This document shows, one piece after another, positions 9,773 through 19,153 of a DNA stretch of 64,000 nucleotides. A program made the position numbers and the translations under genes. The stretch lies in IMG/VR virus record IMGVR_UViG_3300012003_000002, positions 33,562 through 97,561 of that record, one strand, 5' to 3'. A model generated the notes under the pieces. That model had not been told where the DNA came from. It ran no database searches and saw nothing but the letters and a program-made list of their open reading frames with translations. Position 1 is the stretch's first letter. Every line of letters begins with the position of its first letter. Origin of the DNA: a virus.

Positions 9773-11062
9773 TTAAATTTTAGTATTACCTAATAGATAA
9801 TAAATATTTGTATTTAATTTCTTTTCAATGAAAGTTTGTTGACCATATCCTTTTATTTTATAACCGATAGAATTTATTAATGTTACACCTGATGTTAAAT
9901 GAGTTACTATACCTGTACCTTCTTGAATAAATCCTACTGAAAAATTTGGAATATTCACTCCTGAATCAATTGTAATTGATACATCTACAGTACCATTATT
10001 TATAAAGATAATATAATTATAATCACTATTTGTTATTGTATAATTTGTACCTGTAAAATCTGCAGGATAAGTTATAATTTTTTGTAAATTATCTCCTATT
10101 TGAATATTTCCAATACCAACTATAGATTCTCCATTAATTGTCTTGAGTATTGGAGATGTGATAATTGGGTTTAAAGGGTCTGTATTATCTATAATATTAC
10201 CAGTAACAGATTGAACACTTATTGAATTTATTATATAAGGGGTATTAACATTACCATTTCCAGTAATATTAATACCAGTTCCTTGGTTTATATAAGTTGG
10301 AGGTGTATTAATAACAGCTTCAATTGTATAAGGACTTAAAACTGTTCCTGAACCTACTATTGTAACATTATTTCCAGCATTTAATTTAGTTTCTGAACCA
10401 TCTGGTACTGAAGGAATTATACTTTGTACATATTCTTTTGTAGTTAATACTTTACCAGTAGTCTCATTATTTATAATTAATAATGACTGTGCTGGAGCTA
10501 TAACTTCATTACCTACTGTTTTAACTATACCTAAATCTGTTAAATTTGCGTTAACAATATAAGGAGTTAGTGTTGTACCTGTACCAGTTATAGTAATATT
10601 AGTACCTTGATTTATTTTAGTCTCAGAACCATTAGCTACAGTATCTGTACTATTTATAACATATGGGGAAGCTATTGTTCCAACTCCTGTTACTGTAGTA
10701 TTTGTTCCTGCATTTATTTTAGTTTCTGAACCATTAGCTGGTGTTGTATTGGAATTTGATACTAAGAAAAAATTAAAAGATTTTCCAGAATAGTCAATAC
10801 CATCTACTGCCGTATAAGTTGGATATACAAAGTTTGAAGTTAATAATCCTGTTTCAAGATCTACAACTTGTCTCCAAACATATTCAGTTTTTTCATCTTT
10901 ACAATAAACTTTTAAACCTTCATAATATTTAAATGCTAGGTTATTACCTACTCCTAAATCTTTAAGAGTTAATTCATTTTGAATACCTGTTATAGAATCT
11001 AATCTAACCTGTTTAGGTACGTTAAAACCTTTAGGTATATCTGCACTATATTGATTTGCCAT
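9773..11062 (-). CDS. Second tail fibre-like protein
   Basis: Four GSETKINxGxNxTxTGxGTxxxPYxIN-type repeats. Confidence 0.65.
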   Translation of the reverse strand: MANQYSADIPKGFNVPKQVRLDSITGIQNELTLKDLGVGNNLAFKYYEGLKVYCKDEKTEYVWRQVVDLETGLLTSNFVYPTYTAVDGIDYSGKSFNFFLVSNSNTTPANGSETKINAGTNTTVTGVGTIASPYVINSTDTVANGSETKINQGTNITITGTGTTLTPYIVNANLTDLGIVKTVGNEVIAPAQSLLIINNETTGKVLTTKEYVQSIIPSVPDGSETKLNAGNNVTIVGSGTVLSPYTIEAVINTPPTYINQGTGINITGNGNVNTPYIINSISVQSVTGNIIDNTDPLNPIITSPILKTINGESIVGIGNIQIGDNLQKIITYPADFTGTNYTITNSDYNYIIFINNGTVDVSITIDSGVNIPNFSVGFIQEGTGIVTHLTSGVTLINSIGYKIKGYGQQTFIEKKLNTNIYYLLGNTKI

Positions 11063-11066
11063 TTTA

Positions 11067-11729
11067 TTATATTATTTTTTTAAATTTGAAAAATATATCA
11101 CTAGGTGTATAAAAATCTTTAGATATAAACAAAGTATTATTTAAAGTAGATGAATAATTGGTATCAAATATGTCTGTAACATTATTATTTAATATATCTG
11201 TAATTATAAAATTTTTATTATCTGATTCTGTAGCATAAAAACAAATTCTACCTAAATAAGGATAATTTATAGTTTTACCTATATTTTCAAAATTAATATA
11301 ACTATCAAATAATTTATTTGTAAAATAATTTGTAGTAGTTAATAATGGAATTATATCACTTATTGTAGTAAGATAAGATTGTTCTTGCCAATAATATATT
11401 TTATTTACTTTTGGTTGTATAGGAATATTATTAGCATCTGTTTTTTGAGATTGTATGAATTTATCCTTTTTAGTCATTTGATATATTTCTTGATAATTAT
11501 TATTACAAATTACTTTAGAACTATGTAAAATAGTATTATATATTTTTAAAAGTTGTTTTATTTCTATATCACTTAATACTAAATGAGTTCCATATAAAAA
11601 ATCATATACAATATCTAATAAATAAATATCATTTGGTATTATTGTTTTACCAATTTTAGTTTTTTTATATTCTTTATTTAAAGAACTAATTATTGTAGCA
11701 TTATGTGATTTTTCATTTATTTGTTGCAT
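11067..11729 (-). CDS. Putative tail hub / structural protein
   Basis: 220 aa ORF in the structural operon; no diagnostic motif. Confidence 0.4.
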   Translation of the reverse strand: MQQINEKSHNATIISSLNKEYKKTKIGKTIIPNDIYLLDIVYDFLYGTHLVLSDIEIKQLLKIYNTILHSSKVICNNNYQEIYQMTKKDKFIQSQKTDANNIPIQPKVNKIYYWQEQSYLTTISDIIPLLTTTNYFTNKLFDSYINFENIGKTINYPYLGRICFYATESDNKNFIITDILNNNVTDIFDTNYSSTLNNTLFISKDFYTPSDIFFKFKKII

Positions 11730-11736
11730 AATTTAA

Positions 11737-12318
11737 TTATTGTTGTATAAATTTACTACAAGAACTACAAGTAACTGTTTCACAATTTTTACATTTAGAT
11801 ATGTTACAAAGTTTTTTAAGATTATTTAACATTTCAATTGCTTGTAAATAATATCCAATACTTAATGATTTTTCAATAGAATCTATTAATAAATTTACAG
11901 TAATTGTTAAATTATTTGAATAAACAGTTGTAGAATTATAATCTATAGATTTTTCTGACTCTAATAAATAATTTAACATACACTTATAATAAGGTTGTAA
12001 ATTATAAGTAATAGCTAAAGCAGGATCTTGACAATTTACACAACCATCTATACCTATATAATTACTTTGAATTTCTACAAACCAAATATCAGTAAAGGAA
12101 TAAACACTTACTTCTTTAGCATCTATTATAAAAACTTCTTTATTATTAATTTGTTGTAATTTATAATTTAAATTAATACTTAAAGAATCATCTTTAAAAG
12201 TATCAATATTCCATAATTTAATTGAAGTTATTATACTTCCTGCAACAGTTTCTGCGTCAATTGCAAGTTGTTGTCCATCATTTAAAATTTCAAAGTTATT
12301 TACGATAACTGCTGCCAT
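11737..12318 (-). CDS. Putative tail hub / structural protein, Cys-rich C-terminus
   Basis: 193 aa ORF after the auxiliary capsid gene, as in crAss-like gene order. Confidence 0.45.
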   Translation of the reverse strand: MAAVIVNNFEILNDGQQLAIDAETVAGSIITSIKLWNIDTFKDDSLSINLNYKLQQINNKEVFIIDAKEVSVYSFTDIWFVEIQSNYIGIDGCVNCQDPALAITYNLQPYYKCMLNYLLESEKSIDYNSTTVYSNNLTITVNLLIDSIEKSLSIGYYLQAIEMLNNLKKLCNISKCKNCETVTCSSCSKFIQQ

Positions 12319-12329
12319 ATTTTTTATAT

Positions 12330-12375
12330 AAAAAAAGGCTGACTGTGTACAAATTAATGTTTACAATCAGCCTTT
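12330..12375 (-). terminator. Intrinsic terminator after an abundant structural gene
   Basis: AAAGGCTGA...TCAGCCTTT inverted repeat with A tract. Confidence 0.7.
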
Positions 12376-12398
12376 AAGGTTATTATTTATTTATTTTA

Positions 12399-13406
12399 TT
12401 ATATTACTGCGAAATTAGCTGGTACTACAGCAAAAGTATCTACTGCTGTTCTAATAGAAGTAAGAATTGCATTTGTAGCAGCATTGTTTGCTAATGTATC
12501 AGCAACTTTATCTACTGCAATAGTTAAAACTTTATATTGACGTTCTACAGAAGTTTCTGTACGTGGCATATAATGTTTAATATGAATAAGATTATAAACA
12601 CCTGATCCAGATGCATATGTTGGAGTTAAGTTTCCAAAATTAGCTGGAAAACCATATTCTCTTGCTGGATCATATTTAAATCCTTTAAGAACATATTCTG
12701 CATTAGTAACCCATTTTCCAGTACCTGTTCCAGTATATGGTGCAGTTATTTGAGTAGTAGTTAAAACATTAAGGTTTGAACCATTATCTCCTGTTGGTAC
12801 ATTTTCAAAAACTTTACCTTTAATAGTAAATCGTAATTTACGACCAGTATCACGTCCAACACGATTAGCTTGATATTTTTCAGTAACTAAAATTCCAGTA
12901 CCATCTGCAACTGCAGTGAATTCTTTTCCACCACGATTAGATAGATTTTTATTTAAAGATACTAAAACACCATCTCTTACAGTTGTTGCTGTATCAGAAC
13001 CTAGTACTTGACCTGTTACATAATATCCTTGAATAGTTGTAAAATTTTCAGGAGATAATTGATCTTCTAATCTAATTTCAACTTCATAAGTTCTTTTAGC
13101 TGCTACAACACCTGCTGTGTTGAAACCATCTACTTTATAAGAACCTAACACTTCAGCAGAATAAGCTGTAACTGTAACTTTATCTACATATTTAGGATCT
13201 ACTTTATCAGAGAATTCAAATCCTCCAGGAATTCCATCTGCCTTTTGTAAAATATAAAAGGGTTTTTTTGCTGCAACATCACTACCATCTTTAGATAGTA
13301 CTTTTAATTCTTTGTCTGATGCTGTTGCAATAAAAGTAGGTACAGTTGTTTCTATAGCTACTGCGTTTCCAATCATCATTTCACCCACTTGATTTGGTGT
13401 TATCAT
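12399..13406 (-). CDS. Auxiliary capsid / abundant virion protein
   Basis: 335 aa, Ala/Thr/Val-rich, high-expression codon bias, followed by a terminator; position matches the crAss-like auxiliary capsid gene. Confidence 0.55.
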   Translation of the reverse strand: MITPNQVGEMMIGNAVAIETTVPTFIATASDKELKVLSKDGSDVAAKKPFYILQKADGIPGGFEFSDKVDPKYVDKVTVTAYSAEVLGSYKVDGFNTAGVVAAKRTYEVEIRLEDQLSPENFTTIQGYYVTGQVLGSDTATTVRDGVLVSLNKNLSNRGGKEFTAVADGTGILVTEKYQANRVGRDTGRKLRFTIKGKVFENVPTGDNGSNLNVLTTTQITAPYTGTGTGKWVTNAEYVLKGFKYDPAREYGFPANFGNLTPTYASGSGVYNLIHIKHYMPRTETSVERQYKVLTIAVDKVADTLANNAATNAILTSIRTAVDTFAVVPANFAVI

Positions 13407-13440
13407 TCTGTTTTAATTTTTAATTAATAATAATTTTTGT

Positions 13441-14028
13441 TTATAAATATCTGAAATCAGATTTATTTGGATTTTGACCGTTTAACCACGCAATCAATGT
13501 GGATTTTTTAATATTATTTTGTTCAGCACAATTTGCTGCATAATCCCAAATTTCTTTGGTTTTAGTATTAATTACTTTTTTAGCATTGGGATTATTTTCT
13601 CCTGTATTAAGTTTTGAACCATAAAAATAATTATCTTTACCATATCTAATAGATTTTGGATTCTTTTTACCTTTCATAGGACTAATTCTACCAAGATTCT
13701 TACCTTTTAAAGCTATAGATAATTTATTTCTAGTTTCTTTTGAAGGTTTACATCCTGGTGAACCATCTCCACCATCTGTAAGATTAACTAAATTTCCTAA
13801 CCCTAAATCACGTCTTCCATATAATTTAATTAATTGAATTTCTGCTTCTTGTGCACTTTCCCAATTTAAATTATCTGATAATATTTCTATTATATAATCG
13901 TGTTTATTAACTTCATTTTTCCAAAAACTAGATCTTGTACTTTTTATATATGGTCTTTTATTGTTTCCAATACCTATATAAAATATTTCTTTATCTGATT
14001 TTCTTTTATGTATATATAAACAATACAT
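13441..14028 (-). CDS. Free-standing GIY-YIG homing endonuclease with NUMOD repeats
   Basis: LYIH...FYIGIG, NLTDGGDG, SKETRNKLS (NUMOD3-like), GENNPNAKKV. Confidence 0.8.
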   Translation of the reverse strand: MYCLYIHKRKSDKEIFYIGIGNNKRPYIKSTRSSFWKNEVNKHDYIIEILSDNLNWESAQEAEIQLIKLYGRRDLGLGNLVNLTDGGDGSPGCKPSKETRNKLSIALKGKNLGRISPMKGKKNPKSIRYGKDNYFYGSKLNTGENNPNAKKVINTKTKEIWDYAANCAEQNNIKKSTLIAWLNGQNPNKSDFRYL

Positions 14029-14030
14029 GT

Positions 14031-14780
14031 TTATTCATTTGTTTGACTCATCTGAGCCTTTACTTGTAAATTTTGAGGTCTATAGTCTACTAGTGCAAGC
14101 ATTACTGCACGATCTAATATTTCTCTACAGATTTCTGTATTTAATTCACAAGGTGTTTCTACATAAATTCCATCAATTGTTAAATTATCTGATGGAAAAG
14201 CAGTATTTAAATTTGTAATAATAATTGGTTTTGGATATTTAATATATCTAATTCTATACTCTAATGATCCTAAAACATTATATGGTGATATAATTTCAAC
14301 AACTTTAACATTATTAATATTTGATAAATCTAATCTCCAAGCAATTTGTTTATTTGGTTTTTCAAAAGGATTATCATTTTGAATATTATATTCATCATAA
14401 GATATTGGTTTAATATTTTTTAAAAAAGTATTATTATAACAATCTTCAGAAATTATTTTAGCTGTTTCATTAACAATTAAAAATAAATCATCAGGTACAG
14501 TATAAAACTTTGCTTCTGGTTCAATATTAAAAGAATTTAAAATAGTATTAGTTGTTTTATAATCTTTTACTAATTGATTTAAATCTCTACGTCTTTTTTC
14601 AGTAGCTTCAAAACCTTTTTGTTTACGATTACTTAAAGGATCATAATAATTTTTAATAATCTCAAGTTGAGCTTTTGTTAAATAAACGCTTAATTCGTAA
14701 TCGTCAATTCCTGGTGAGCTCATAGAGGCTATTGCATTATATGCTAAATTGAACTCATTTTTGAACTCTAAATTGGTCAT
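14031..14780 (-). CDS. Head-tail ring protein (crAss-like)
   Basis: EFN..YN....SPG.DDYE.SVYLTKAQ...GFE.TEKRR.DL N-terminus and Y.IRYIK.P.PII...CEL...EILDRAV C-terminus, characteristic of crAss-like virion proteins. Confidence 0.65.
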   Translation of the reverse strand: MTNLEFKNEFNLAYNAIASMSSPGIDDYELSVYLTKAQLEIIKNYYDPLSNRKQKGFEATEKRRRDLNQLVKDYKTTNTILNSFNIEPEAKFYTVPDDLFLIVNETAKIISEDCYNNTFLKNIKPISYDEYNIQNDNPFEKPNKQIAWRLDLSNINNVKVVEIISPYNVLGSLEYRIRYIKYPKPIIITNLNTAFPSDNLTIDGIYVETPCELNTEICREILDRAVMLALVDYRPQNLQVKAQMSQTNE

Positions 14781-14782
14781 AA

Positions 14783-15640
14783 CTATTTAATTTTATTTAT
14801 CTTAGCTTCAATCAACGATCTTACATCTTGATTTTTTACATTGTCTAAATAAGCAATTGCATTATCAAATGTTGCAATTTCTCCTGAATTACAGAGATCT
14901 AAACCATCTTCTGTTGAATATTTATTTGATTTTTTTACAATTATACCTTTATCAAGTCCTGTATTAATTAACATTTTTGTATAAAGAGTTTTATCATTCA
15001 TTACATTAACAAATTTAGCAGCTTCATTATCAATAAATTCTTCAACTTTATGTTGTAACCAATCTAATTTAGATTCTGGTGAAATAGGTTTATTTGTAAG
15101 TAATTTAAGAACACTAAGTAATTTATCCTTATCATCTTCAATTTTACCATACATTTTAAAAGCTTCTTTCTTAGAATCATATTTACCTTTATTTTCTAAC
15201 ATCTCTTCGTTTTCTCTACAGATTGCAAATTGATAAGTTTGTTTAGTATTACGACTTGCCCAAGAAGGAGCTATTTCATTTTTTAATGATTCTAAAATTT
15301 TTAAAGATATAAAATCCATTGGATTACTTGTATCTAATCTATTATTAGCATCTTCTTTATGTAATGCAATTCTAAATGTATTCCAAAAATCACCATATAC
15401 AGATAAATTTAAACCTGTAACAGATTCTAAATATTCTTTTTCTTCATTACTTAAAACATTAGCAATTGATCCATTTCTCATAAGAGGTGTACAAAATTTA
15501 CGAACTGCTTTTGATAATAGACCACCTGCTATTACGTGGTTTTTATCTACATTTGCAGCCATTCCTCTATTTCTATGAATATATCTAAGTGTAATAATTT
15601 CTTGTGGTAATGTAAAATTACCTTTTAATGTTTTTTCCAT
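14783..15640 (-). CDS. Conserved crAss-like virion protein downstream of the MCP
   Basis: 285 aa; LDTSNPMDFI, YL...KNQD motifs; synteny. Confidence 0.55.
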   Translation of the reverse strand: MEKTLKGNFTLPQEIITLRYIHRNRGMAANVDKNHVIAGGLLSKAVRKFCTPLMRNGSIANVLSNEEKEYLESVTGLNLSVYGDFWNTFRIALHKEDANNRLDTSNPMDFISLKILESLKNEIAPSWASRNTKQTYQFAICRENEEMLENKGKYDSKKEAFKMYGKIEDDKDKLLSVLKLLTNKPISPESKLDWLQHKVEEFIDNEAAKFVNVMNDKTLYTKMLINTGLDKGIIVKKSNKYSTEDGLDLCNSGEIATFDNAIAYLDNVKNQDVRSLIEAKINKIK

Positions 15641-15775
15641 TCTTCTTTTTATTTGTCTTCTTCCGAAAGATTTTTAATTTATTATAAAAATAGAAATGGG
15701 GAAATGACCCAGAGACAATACTCACCTATGATCCAATCCCACACGTCCTAAACGCAACCTCTATTTTAATTTATT

Positions 15776-17287
15776 TTAGTTTAACAATGATGGAATCATT
15801 GATGCAGTTCTAGAAGCATCTTTTACCAATGAACCAACTCCTTCTACAAGAGCAGTCATTGTTGCAGAATCTTCCATTAATTGCATTGTTCCACCTCTAC
15901 GACCTGTATAAGGATCTCTAATACCTGCCATATATCCACGTAATTCGTCAGAACCTCTAACTTTTACTTTTTGAATATTTGGTTCTTCCATTGAACCGAT
16001 ATAAAGAATATCGTATCTGTAAGATTCAGCTACACCACCATCTGGGTGAAGAATTTTATTACGAACTTTATCATCATACATTGGATCGACTTCTAACATT
16101 ACGTGAATGTTATTAGGAGCTCTATATTCAGTAAATTGGAATCCTGCACTAAATGCATTATTGTGGAATTTAGAAGATACTTGTTTAATTGCATTTTGGT
16201 TTGTATTATCAAATCCTAATGAAGCCCAACCTGAAGCAATTTCTGATACAGCTCTATGAAATTGAGCAGCTCCTCTTTCACCTGTACGTAACATAAATTT
16301 ACGTTGATCCCAATCTAATTTACCTTCTGATAATTCAGATAGTAAATCTTCCAACATACGAATAGAAAATCTATTGTAATAAGTGGTATTAGAAACTTCC
16401 ATTTGTTCACGAATTCCTGAACCAGCTTTAATTTCAATATTAGCATTACCTTTATTCAAGAAACGTCCATTTTCATCACGGTTTGTTTTACCAAACATGA
16501 TAGTACGAGATTTAATACGAGATAAAGCTTTTTCAAATTGCCAGTAAACTTCCTGCATCCAAGTTGTAGAACTATGTACTTTTCCTGTGTTAGGATCTCT
16601 TGTTTCAATACCTGCATGATATACTGGTTGAATTTTACAATCAATCATTGCACCTGAAACTTTATGTTCCATACGAATTGAAGTAACAGAATTTCTCATT
16701 AAGAAAGGAGAGGTAAATTGAATACCTGCACCTTGAATAGAAAGTTCATCTTCAACAGGAGCACCCTCAATAGAGAATCTATTTCCTGGTAAAAATTCAT
16801 CTCCTGGAATACCTAATAGAGATTCTTGACCACCCCATACTTCACAAGTATAAACATAGTTAGAACCTTCTTCATAAGGATCTTCAATAATTCTCATTTG
16901 ATATGTATCTGGTCTATGACCTGCTATCAAATGCATTTTTGTAAACCATTTTTCAGCGAATACCATTTCAAATGTTGCTCTAGCAGCTCCAACACCGACA
17001 GTGTTAGCATCTACAACAGCTCCATTATATCTAGATTCAACTAATGCAATACTACGTTCATCAGAACCAACAACTTTCCATACAAAATCATCTGCAGTGG
17101 CTATAATTTTTTCAGGAAATAATGATAAGGTTGTATCCAAATTTTTCATTCCTGAGTTTTGCAACAATACAGTTGTTAATGGTGAAATTAATTGTGGTTG
17201 AGAACCAAACAATTGAGAGATGTGATTTTTGAGACTAAGGCCGCTCCAAGCTTGACTTTTCGTCATAATAAATTTGCCTGCTGACAT
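15776..17287 (-). CDS. Major capsid protein (crAss-like HK97 fold)
   Basis: 503 aa; GSGIREQ, TGERGAAQF, GFQFTEY..PN, DPMYDD, ESYRYDI motifs; strong codon bias; follows portal and scaffold. Confidence 0.85.
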   Translation of the reverse strand: MSAGKFIMTKSQAWSGLSLKNHISQLFGSQPQLISPLTTVLLQNSGMKNLDTTLSLFPEKIIATADDFVWKVVGSDERSIALVESRYNGAVVDANTVGVGAARATFEMVFAEKWFTKMHLIAGHRPDTYQMRIIEDPYEEGSNYVYTCEVWGGQESLLGIPGDEFLPGNRFSIEGAPVEDELSIQGAGIQFTSPFLMRNSVTSIRMEHKVSGAMIDCKIQPVYHAGIETRDPNTGKVHSSTTWMQEVYWQFEKALSRIKSRTIMFGKTNRDENGRFLNKGNANIEIKAGSGIREQMEVSNTTYYNRFSIRMLEDLLSELSEGKLDWDQRKFMLRTGERGAAQFHRAVSEIASGWASLGFDNTNQNAIKQVSSKFHNNAFSAGFQFTEYRAPNNIHVMLEVDPMYDDKVRNKILHPDGGVAESYRYDILYIGSMEEPNIQKVKVRGSDELRGYMAGIRDPYTGRRGGTMQLMEDSATMTALVEGVGSLVKDASRTASMIPSLLN

Positions 17288-17340
17288 ATTATATATATAT
17301 TTAAGTATATCACTTCATTGTAATATACAAAGTTTTCCAT

Positions 17341-17940
17341 TTAATCTTGGAAGGAGATTTTATTTATAAAACATTCATTGTAACCTCCAAATGTTTTTTG
17401 TGGAATATATTTTTCTACATTATTTAATAATTCAATTTCTTTATAAATAGCGTCGTATTTATTTAACATTGTTAATTCTAGAATTTCTGCAGTATATGGA
17501 ATATTCTTTAATCTAGTTTTAATATCTTTTGTTAAACCGTATTTATAAAATTCAAAACCATTATCTTCGATTAATTTAAGATGATAGAAATAAAGAGTTT
17601 CAGTTAACCATAATTCTTTATTTCTTTCTGCAAGTGTTAAATTATATACTCCAGGAGCTTTTATTCTTTCAACACCTTCTCTAGCTTTTCTATTTCTTTT
17701 GTTTTGACATTCGTTAATTTTATCCCTATTATTTTTTGTATAAAGTTTTCTTTTTTCTTTTAAGAGTTCTTTATTTTTATCATAATATTCTTTTCTAGAT
17801 TTAGATCTATCTCGACTTCTATCTTTTTCACGAATTTCTTCTAGATTATTTAATCTCCATTGTTTTTTACGAGTATTAATACTTTCTTTATTTTCTTCGT
17901 AATATTTTTTATAAGTCTCTGGATTATATTTACCTCCCAA
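17341..17940 (-). CDS. Free-standing GIY-YIG-like endonuclease with a K/R/E-rich N-terminus
   Basis: YFYHLKL...FYKYGLT.DIKTRL...E..L...GGYNECF; inserted between scaffold and MCP genes. Confidence 0.55.
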   Translation of the reverse strand: MGGKYNPETYKKYYEENKESINTRKKQWRLNNLEEIREKDRSRDRSKSRKEYYDKNKELLKEKRKLYTKNNRDKINECQNKRNRKAREGVERIKAPGVYNLTLAERNKELWLTETLYFYHLKLIEDNGFEFYKYGLTKDIKTRLKNIPYTAEILELTMLNKYDAIYKEIELLNNVEKYIPQKTFGGYNECFINKISFQD

Positions 17941-17946
17941 AATTTA

Positions 17947-19029
17947 TTATAAATTTAACACATGACCTGAGAAATTACTATATGTATTTTCATCTTGTGC
18001 CCATAATGGAGTACCATTATCTTTTAATTTTGTTTTACGTGCAATTTGTTCTAAATCTTTTACAGCACTTGATTTAGCACTTATTGATATTTTACTTAAA
18101 TCTTTAAAACCATTTGTAAGTTCATAAAAATGATACATTCTAATTTCAAATTCTAATGGATTTTCTCTTCGTTCTTTCATGAATTTATTTTCAAAAGTTC
18201 CATCTGGAGATTTACCAACAATATCATTAATTGACTTATAAACTTTATCTTGTAAAACTTTATTAGGTTTTAATCCTGAAATTAAATCTTTAGATTCATA
18301 AATGGTTTTTTTCATTTGTTCATTTAATCTAGACTGTTCTAACTTATCTGATTCTAATCTTTCTTTATAAGAATTAGTTTCTTTTTCAATTTCACGATTC
18401 TTAAATTCTTTAAGACTTTCTAATGATTCTTCTGCATCTTCCAATATAGCATCATCACCTAAATCAACTAATCGATTTAACATCCTATTAGCTTTTTTTT
18501 CATCTAAACCCTGATTAAGATAATCATCGTAAATTATACGTTTGGCTAAATCAATATCATTTTTTAATAAAGAAATATCAATAGAATTTAAATCATTAAT
18601 TTCTTTTTTAACAGTTCCTATTTTATTTAAATCTAAATTTGCTAAATAATCATTTAGTCTTAATTCTGCTTGGATATCTAGTTCTTTATTAAAAACATTT
18701 GCAAAATCATCAGCAGATTTAATATCTTTTAAATCGATGTCAAGAGAAGGTAGCAATCCTTGTTCGTGAACAAAAGCGGCTAAAGAAGAATATAGGTTGG
18801 AAGAAGACTCACCGCCTTCACTACCTTCATCTTCAACATCTTCCTCGTCTACTTCCTCTGAACTATTGTCCTCAACGTGGTTATTATTTTCTAATGTAGT
18901 ATCTTCTACATTTGTGTTATTATTATTTTCTTCTTCATTGGTATTGTCATCTTCAGGTACTGCAAAATTAAAGTTTAATTCTTGATTTCCTTCAAATAAA
19001 CCCATACCTAATTCATTATCGTCTTCCAT
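17947..19029 (-). CDS. Putative capsid scaffolding protein
   Basis: Very acidic N-terminus and coiled coils; lies between portal and MCP. Confidence 0.6.
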   Translation of the reverse strand: MEDDNELGMGLFEGNQELNFNFAVPEDDNTNEEENNNNTNVEDTTLENNNHVEDNSSEEVDEEDVEDEGSEGGESSSNLYSSLAAFVHEQGLLPSLDIDLKDIKSADDFANVFNKELDIQAELRLNDYLANLDLNKIGTVKKEINDLNSIDISLLKNDIDLAKRIIYDDYLNQGLDEKKANRMLNRLVDLGDDAILEDAEESLESLKEFKNREIEKETNSYKERLESDKLEQSRLNEQMKKTIYESKDLISGLKPNKVLQDKVYKSINDIVGKSPDGTFENKFMKERRENPLEFEIRMYHFYELTNGFKDLSKISISAKSSAVKDLEQIARKTKLKDNGTPLWAQDENTYSNFSGHVLNL

Positions 19030-19068
19030 TCGATTATTTATTATGTTTATGTTTTATTATAATTAATA

Positions 19069-19100
19069 CAAATATAATAAATTTTATGGTAAAAGTCAAC
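19069..19100 (-). promoter_or_regulatory. Promoter GTTGA-N19-TATATTTG
   Basis: Bacteroidota -33/-7 consensus upstream of the scaffold/MCP operon. Confidence 0.6.
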
Positions 19101-19153
19101 TAAAAATTACAATATTCTTAGTTGATTAATTTTCGTCCATAGCGTTTATCTTA

